From Candidatus Berkelbacteria bacterium (GTDB taxonomy: Bacteria; Patescibacteriota; UBA1384; XYA2-FULL-43-10; 1-14-0-10-43-13): 64,000 nucleotides of DNA. Below are positions 58,944 through 64,000 of this stretch, piece after piece (positions within the stretch are counted from its first letter, which is position 1; every line of letters starts with the position of its first letter). The notes below the pieces were generated by a model. That model was not told the origin of the DNA. It saw only the letters and a program-made list of their open reading frames with translations, and searched no databases. Location of the stretch: NCBI GenBank assembly GCA_037143235.1, contig JBAWZC010000004.1:1776-65775 (forward strand), in the 5' to 3' direction. A program made the position numbers and the translations under genes.

Positions 58944-60200
58944 ATGCAAAACCTTTTTGACAATAAAAATAATCAGCCCCTAGCTGAGAAATTGCGACCG
59001 ACGAATTTCGATGATTTTGTGGGTCAGGAGCATATTCTCGGCAAGGACAAGATCTTGCGGCGGATCGTCGATGCCGATCGGATCATACCGATGATCTTTT
59101 GGGGTCCACCGGGTTGTGGTAAGACAACGCTGGCAAAAATTATTGCCGATAAAACCGCTTCAAATTTTGTCTTTTTCTCCGCTGTGGTGGGTGGTGTTGC
59201 TGATGCTCGAAAAATTATCGAGCAAGCCAAACAAGACCAACAATTGTTTCAAAAAAGGACGATTCTCTTTGTCGATGAGATACATCGCTTCAACAAATCC
59301 CAGCAAGATCTCTTCTTGCCTTATGTCGAGAATGGCACTGTCGTCCTGATCGGGGCGACCACCGAAAATCCTTCCTTTCAGGTCAATGCGCCATTACTTT
59401 CTCGGGCAAAGGTTTTTCATTTTCGAGAGTTGTCGGAAGCGGAGATCATAGAGATGTTGAAAACTGCGGTCAAAAAGATCAATGCTGAGCCAGTCAAATA
59501 TTTCCCCAATATTTTCAAAAGAGACGACAAAATTAAAATAAGATTGAATAAGGAAGCTTATGGTGCGATCGCTAAACTATGCGAAGGCGATGCCCGTGAC
59601 GCCTATAATTCTCTAGAGCTTGCTATCATCGCCAACAGCATCGACTTGGCAAATATCTCAATTGGTAAAACAGAGGCCGAGGAGGCGATACAGCAAAAAT
59701 TCATTCGTTACGACAAGGGTGCTGATGGTCATTTCGATGCGATTTCTGCCCTCCACAAAACGATGCGTGCCTCACAGCCAGACGCCGCACTTCATTACCT
59801 GGCGAGGATGCTTGAAGCTGGCGAAGATCCACTGTATATCGTTCGCAGGCTGGTGCGATTTGCCTCAGAGGATATTGGCTTGGCTGATCCCCAAGCATTG
59901 GTCCTCGCAGTCTCGACTCAACAAGCAGTTCATTTTGTCGGTATGCCAGAATCAAATGTCATTATCGCTGAGCTGGTCATCTACCTAGCGCTCGCGCCCA
60001 AGTCGCGTGCCGTCGATGAAGCTTATGCCGCAGCTAAGGATGATGTGGTGAACGGTCGGATCGAGCCAATCCCATTGAAAATTAGGAATGCACCAACGAA
60101 ACTGATGAAAGATTTTGGCTTCGGCAAGGATTACAAGATGTATGACGACGAGTCTCTCTTGCCCGAAAATCTAAAAGATCGAAAATATTGGAAACCATAA
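58944..60200 (+). CDS. rarA: Replication-associated recombination protein A
   Basis: PLAEKLRP, GPPGCGKTT, DEIHRFNKSQQD, GATTENP, ASEDIGLAD. Confidence 0.95.
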   Translation: MQNLFDNKNNQPLAEKLRPTNFDDFVGQEHILGKDKILRRIVDADRIIPMIFWGPPGCGKTTLAKIIADKTASNFVFFSAVVGGVADARKIIEQAKQDQQLFQKRTILFVDEIHRFNKSQQDLFLPYVENGTVVLIGATTENPSFQVNAPLLSRAKVFHFRELSEAEIIEMLKTAVKKINAEPVKYFPNIFKRDDKIKIRLNKEAYGAIAKLCEGDARDAYNSLELAIIANSIDLANISIGKTEAEEAIQQKFIRYDKGADGHFDAISALHKTMRASQPDAALHYLARMLEAGEDPLYIVRRLVRFASEDIGLADPQALVLAVSTQQAVHFVGMPESNVIIAELVIYLALAPKSRAVDEAYAAAKDDVVNGRIEPIPLKIRNAPTKLMKDFGFGKDYKMYDDESLLPENLKDRKYWKP

Positions 60201-60263
60201 ATCTCGATTAAAACGAAACTCCAGAAGTCAATCCATGACCCCGGGAGCGGTTGTTCATTGCTG

Positions 60264-60596
60264 CTAAATCTTTTTAACAGTCAGAGATTCTGTCTGAATG
60301 TGGAGCAGGGCGTTTAGCCTCACAGAAACAGTATTTATTCCAGCTTCGATTGCAGCCTTTATAACTTCTGTCTTCGTGTGACACAAATTGCAACACATTC
60401 CAACTTCTTGTCGGTCGCGATAGCCATTGTCGATAGAGACAGCATAACCGCTTTGAATTGGTTGGCTGCAGACAATACATGTTGATGTCTGATCTATCAC
60501 TTCTGCTGTTTCACGATTAACGGCAAAGCGTAGAAGTACTCGCTCGAGTACAATCACTGGAGTGTACTTCTGACCGCACATGTAGGATTCTGACAT
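60264..60596 (-). CDS. Hypothetical protein with CxxC...CxxC motif
   Basis: AAGGAGGT RBS; CIVC and CNLC. Confidence 0.6.
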   Translation of the reverse strand: MSESYMCGQKYTPVIVLERVLLRFAVNRETAEVIDQTSTCIVCSQPIQSGYAVSIDNGYRDRQEVGMCCNLCHTKTEVIKAAIEAGINTVSVRLNALLHIQTESLTVKKI

Positions 60597-60819
60597 TTCA
60601 TTTACCTCCTTTTCCGTCAAATGAAAATGTTCTATCTAAATAAGTACACGAAAATGACCAAGATTACAAGGCTTGTGGTAACAAATCATTTCTCTGTGGT
60701 TATCTTTTTTTGTGCGGAGAGGAATCTCTTGATAAATAAAAAACAGAGCATTCAATATCTTGAATACTCTGTTTTTGCCTATACGGATGACTCGGTCATC
60801 AGTATAGGCAGGTGCACGG

Positions 60820-61065
60820 TCAGCGAAGGTGCTTCTTGATCCTTCTCCCGCGCAGGGTGAAGTTTAGAAAGGACCATTCGCGAACCTGGAATTGGACTTT
60901 TCGACTGAAAATTTCCAGCCGACGATAGTCCTTTTGGAATTCGTAGGGTCCATATGACCCTGATGCGTAAGTGCGATAATTGCAGCTACGCATTTGAGTG
61001 TGCCCCCAGACACAATAGGCGGTCATCCGCCAAATTATTCGAAGGACATCGATCACTCCACTCAT
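60820..61065 (-). CDS. Small hypothetical protein
   Basis: AAGGGAG RBS upstream of ATG. Confidence 0.45.
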   Translation of the reverse strand: MSGVIDVLRIIWRMTAYCVWGHTQMRSCNYRTYASGSYGPYEFQKDYRRLEIFSRKVQFQVREWSFLNFTLRGRRIKKHLR

Positions 61066-61303
61066 GGCCGTTCTCCCTTCATTGTGATTCTAGCCCTATT
61101 CTATCACAAAAAATATTAGTAATTGAATTTTGTGTTTTTCTCGGAATATCTAGAACTAGTCAAACTGGATTGATGTAATACCAAATCAGAAACTATCCCG
61201 AAGCTAATTATCGTGCCAACAAAAAAACCAGAGAAATCAATATTTAATTGCTCTGGTCTTTGCCCCAAGAATATTCTTGGGGCCGGAAATCCATTTACTG
61301 ACT

Positions 61304-61657
61304 TCACGACGGCTGGGTCGTGAGATATTCTTTCGCAACACTGCGAATGTACTCGTCGCGGTGCTTTTTGGCACATTTTTCAATCACCTGACGAACTCTT
61401 TCGTCCTCGAAAAGATGTAACGCCTCAAGGATAGCGAGACAAACAACATCGTCTCTCTCGGCGAAAAGCCGACTGGTAAGTGCAGGTATTGCCTGGGTGA
61501 TTCCTTTTTCTCCCAGGTTCTCTGCAGCCAATCGTCGACCTCTCGGGCACGCCTCTGTGAGGTCGCTGATGACCGAAGCAATCCGTTTTGCCGGATACCC
61601 TGATTCATCTGTGAAATCGGTCGGGTGAAAGAACAGTTTCTTAACCCACTCTAGCAT
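61304..61657 (-). CDS. HEAT-repeat protein
   Basis: RRLAAENLGE, AIPAL, V..AILEAL, IRSVA; AAGGGG RBS. Confidence 0.75.
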   Translation of the reverse strand: MLEWVKKLFFHPTDFTDESGYPAKRIASVISDLTEACPRGRRLAAENLGEKGITQAIPALTSRLFAERDDVVCLAILEALHLFEDERVRQVIEKCAKKHRDEYIRSVAKEYLTTQPS

Positions 61658-61928
61658 AATTAACCCCTTTCCATATCCCCACAGGGACCAAAAGATGTTC
61701 GGACTATAACACATATGAATATATTATGCAAGCTTTTGTGGTAATGTTTTGTAGTGTTTCAATACTATGTAAACGCTCAGATATTATTTTGTGTATGTGT
61801 CGAGTATCCTGTGCCGATATCTTGAAAGTAAACAATTAATTTTTTTTGCCATCATTCTCTTTGTGTACAATTTGGGTTGATGATGTACAATTATATTGAG
61901 TTGAAGATAATTAAATAGACACAAAATT

Positions 61929-62606
61929 ATGAAAACAGTAGTGATCACTGGTGCGAGTAGGGGAATTGGCTTGGCGACGGCCAAGAAATTTTTATCTGAA
62001 GGTTGGCAGGTTGTCGGAACCTCCACCTCAGGTAGGATGGATCTCGAGCACGAGCATCTGAAAAACTTTCAGCTTGATCTCTCTGATAGTGCAAGTATTG
62101 AGATTACTGCAGACAAAATTCTTTCAGCCATCGGGAATATCGATGTGCTAGTGAATAATGCCGGGGTTGCCCTTGATTCTTGGGACGAAGGCGTCAATAT
62201 GGAAAAAGTTCGCAAGACATTTGAAGTGAGTCTCTTTGGATTGATCGACTTCACTGAAAAAATGCTGCCAGTGATAAACTCTGGCGGCCATATCGTCAAT
62301 CTCGATTCTCGATACGGTTCATTTTCTATGCCGATCGATGATGATACTTCTATTGGCTATCGGATGGCCAAGGCCTCGTTAAATATGTATACGCGATTTC
62401 TCGCTTTTCGATTGCAAGATAAAAAAATAACAGTTTCGTCGATAGATCCAGGTTGGGTCAAAACCGATATGGGTTTTGCTGGTGCGACCGAAGATTCAAA
62501 ACCAGATAGGGACCCTGTGGAACCCGCACGAGAGATCTATGATTTGGTTAATTCTGATATCGATTCTGGGTGTTTCTGGTACAAAGGTGCGAAGAGAGAA
62601 TGGTAA
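61929..62606 (+). CDS. SDR family oxidoreductase
   Basis: TGASRGIG, NNAG, YRMAK, PGWVKTDM. Confidence 0.93.
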   Translation: MKTVVITGASRGIGLATAKKFLSEGWQVVGTSTSGRMDLEHEHLKNFQLDLSDSASIEITADKILSAIGNIDVLVNNAGVALDSWDEGVNMEKVRKTFEVSLFGLIDFTEKMLPVINSGGHIVNLDSRYGSFSMPIDDDTSIGYRMAKASLNMYTRFLAFRLQDKKITVSSIDPGWVKTDMGFAGATEDSKPDRDPVEPAREIYDLVNSDIDSGCFWYKGAKREW

Positions 62607-62986
62607 AAAAGTCGATGCTCCCCGGGGGCTTCGGGGTGAATTGTTACTGTTCTCAAGTTAGGCAACTCCTTGGGGCTATTCAAAACACCTCACATATGTG
62701 AGGTGTTTGATTTTGCAAGCAGCGGAGATTTTGGCGCGACCCCCAATACATCAGAATGCAATGTTTTGTTGAAAATATTTGCTATGGTGTAATTTCGTGT
62801 GTCACTGAGAATCGTGATTTGGCGACTCTGGAGATTTAATTATTTTTTAATACAATTTGAAATATATTAAGAGCTGAGCTAGTTTATTTGGCTGGTACTA
62901 TATTTTTTCCGAAAAGTACTTGCATCGAAAGAGTATAATGATACTAGAGTGGATAGAGAGAATATAGCCAAACAAAAGGAGACAGA

Positions 62987-63304
62987 ATGACATTAAATGA
63001 TTTTTTTCAGGTATCAGTCAGTGTTTTTTGTATAGTGGCAACGGTTTTCATGATCATGACATTTATCTGGATAGTGATGCTTCGGAGTAAATTGAATAAA
63101 TTGATCGATAAACTCGAAGAGATTAGTGAAACAGCCAGATCGACCACCGGCGAAATCAAACAGTTCGTTGAGCGCATTATCCAATCGCTAGATGACTTCA
63201 GGCAGAGTGTGTTTACACTCGGTTTTGTCAGCAAGATAGTGAATCAAGTAATAGGACTTATCAGTAATAATTCGAAAGGAAAAAAAGATGGACAAGCAAA
63301 GTAA
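62987..63304 (+). CDS. Membrane-anchored helical protein (DUF948-like)
   Basis: TM plus amphipathic helix; precedes a YtxH-like gene. Confidence 0.65.
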   Translation: MTLNDFFQVSVSVFCIVATVFMIMTFIWIVMLRSKLNKLIDKLEEISETARSTTGEIKQFVERIIQSLDDFRQSVFTLGFVSKIVNQVIGLISNNSKGKKDGQAK

Positions 63305-63608
63305 AGGTGTCATGATCGGAGCAACAGTCGGTATACTCGCTGGGGCGATTGCTGGGATATTGTTAGCGCCAAAATCAGGTGAGGAAACTCGGGCTGATAT
63401 CAGTGAATATGTCACTGAGATGAAGAACAAGATCGCTGCAGAACTAGCCAAGGTTGGCGAGGTTACAAAAGAAGTTTATAGCGATGTAGTTGAGAAAATC
63501 GTCAAAGTGTATGAACTGGAGAAAAAGATCACCGCAAAAGATGCCAAGGATCTCAAGGACAAGTTGGGCAAAAACTTCGAAGAAGTTAAAAAGGTGATTA
63601 AAAAGTAG
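63288..63608 (+). CDS. YtxH domain protein
   Basis: GA..G...GILLAPKSGEETR. Confidence 0.88.
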   Translation: MDKQSKGVMIGATVGILAGAIAGILLAPKSGEETRADISEYVTEMKNKIAAELAKVGEVTKEVYSDVVEKIVKVYELEKKITAKDAKDLKDKLGKNFEEVKKVIKK

Positions 63609-63624
63609 CTCGGTATTGCTCTAT

Positions 63625-63653
63625 CAAAAAACCGCTAGAAATAGCGGTTTTTT
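63625..63653 (+). terminator. Intrinsic terminator
   Basis: AAAAAACCGCTA-GAAA-TAGCGGTTTTTT. Confidence 0.85.
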
Positions 63654-64000
63654 GATGGCTTAGTCCCGACTTTAGGCCATGTTCTATTTCTCAGTAATTT
63701 TTTGTAATTTATAACCTAGACAAACTTTATAAAAGTTGAAAATATTGACGAACTTTATAAAGCTATATTATGTTTGCATTTGCGGTGACTTGCCATGTTG
63801 CTTAAATAGCGTAGTTCTCTGCGGCAAATTTAGCTTGGTCTATAAATACTTTTTTTGCGTTGCCGAGTGTACCTAGCTCGTAGAAAGCAAGGATTGCCAA
63901 CTTGTAGGTGTTAACATCAACGGCTCTCAGTGAAAGCGGGAAAGAATCATTTGCATATAGTATCGCATTTGCAAGAATTCTTGCAGTTCGTTTGTTGCCA

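Noticed and set aside
62610-62760. GC-rich intergenic segment with palindrome AAACACCTCACATATGTGAGGTGTTT
   Set aside because: Most simply a terminator plus remnant sequence; no recognisable RNA family motif.

Overview
This is a bacterial chromosome segment whose gene content and many short palindromic intergenic elements resemble a small-genome Patescibacteria/CPR organism. That placement is inferred and not proven. The housekeeping backbone includes dnaK (partial), grpE, split comEC, yebC, ruvC/A/B, queA, two queH copies, tsaE/B, LCP, PrsA-like, gpmI, eno, murT/gatD, a membrane glycosylation cluster, typA, rny-ymdB-hup, smpB, rsmH, rarA and 11 tRNAs. Two observations stand out. (1) A stand-alone retron-like reverse transcriptase (27159-28145) has YADN instead of YADD. 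It is preceded by a ~250-nt multi-hairpin region closed by a 12-bp a1/a2-type inverted repeat with the retron G:G branch geometry, has no recognisable effector gene, and its antisense strand is almost free of stop codons. (2) Five copies of an exactly 42-nt twin-hairpin module (NCCA-hairpin, 4 nt, 7-bp microhelix, NCCA) sit on tRNA 3' ends or copies of them (Pro, Lys, three Asp-type). The three Asp-type copies separate a tandem array of unrelated gene cassettes downstream of tRNA-Asp, like an integron-style array with no integrase in the window. Also present are a BshA-containing five-gene cassette inserted between ruvC and ruvA, a perfect 44-bp palindrome between ruvA and ruvB, and nested 20-bp palindromic insertions.
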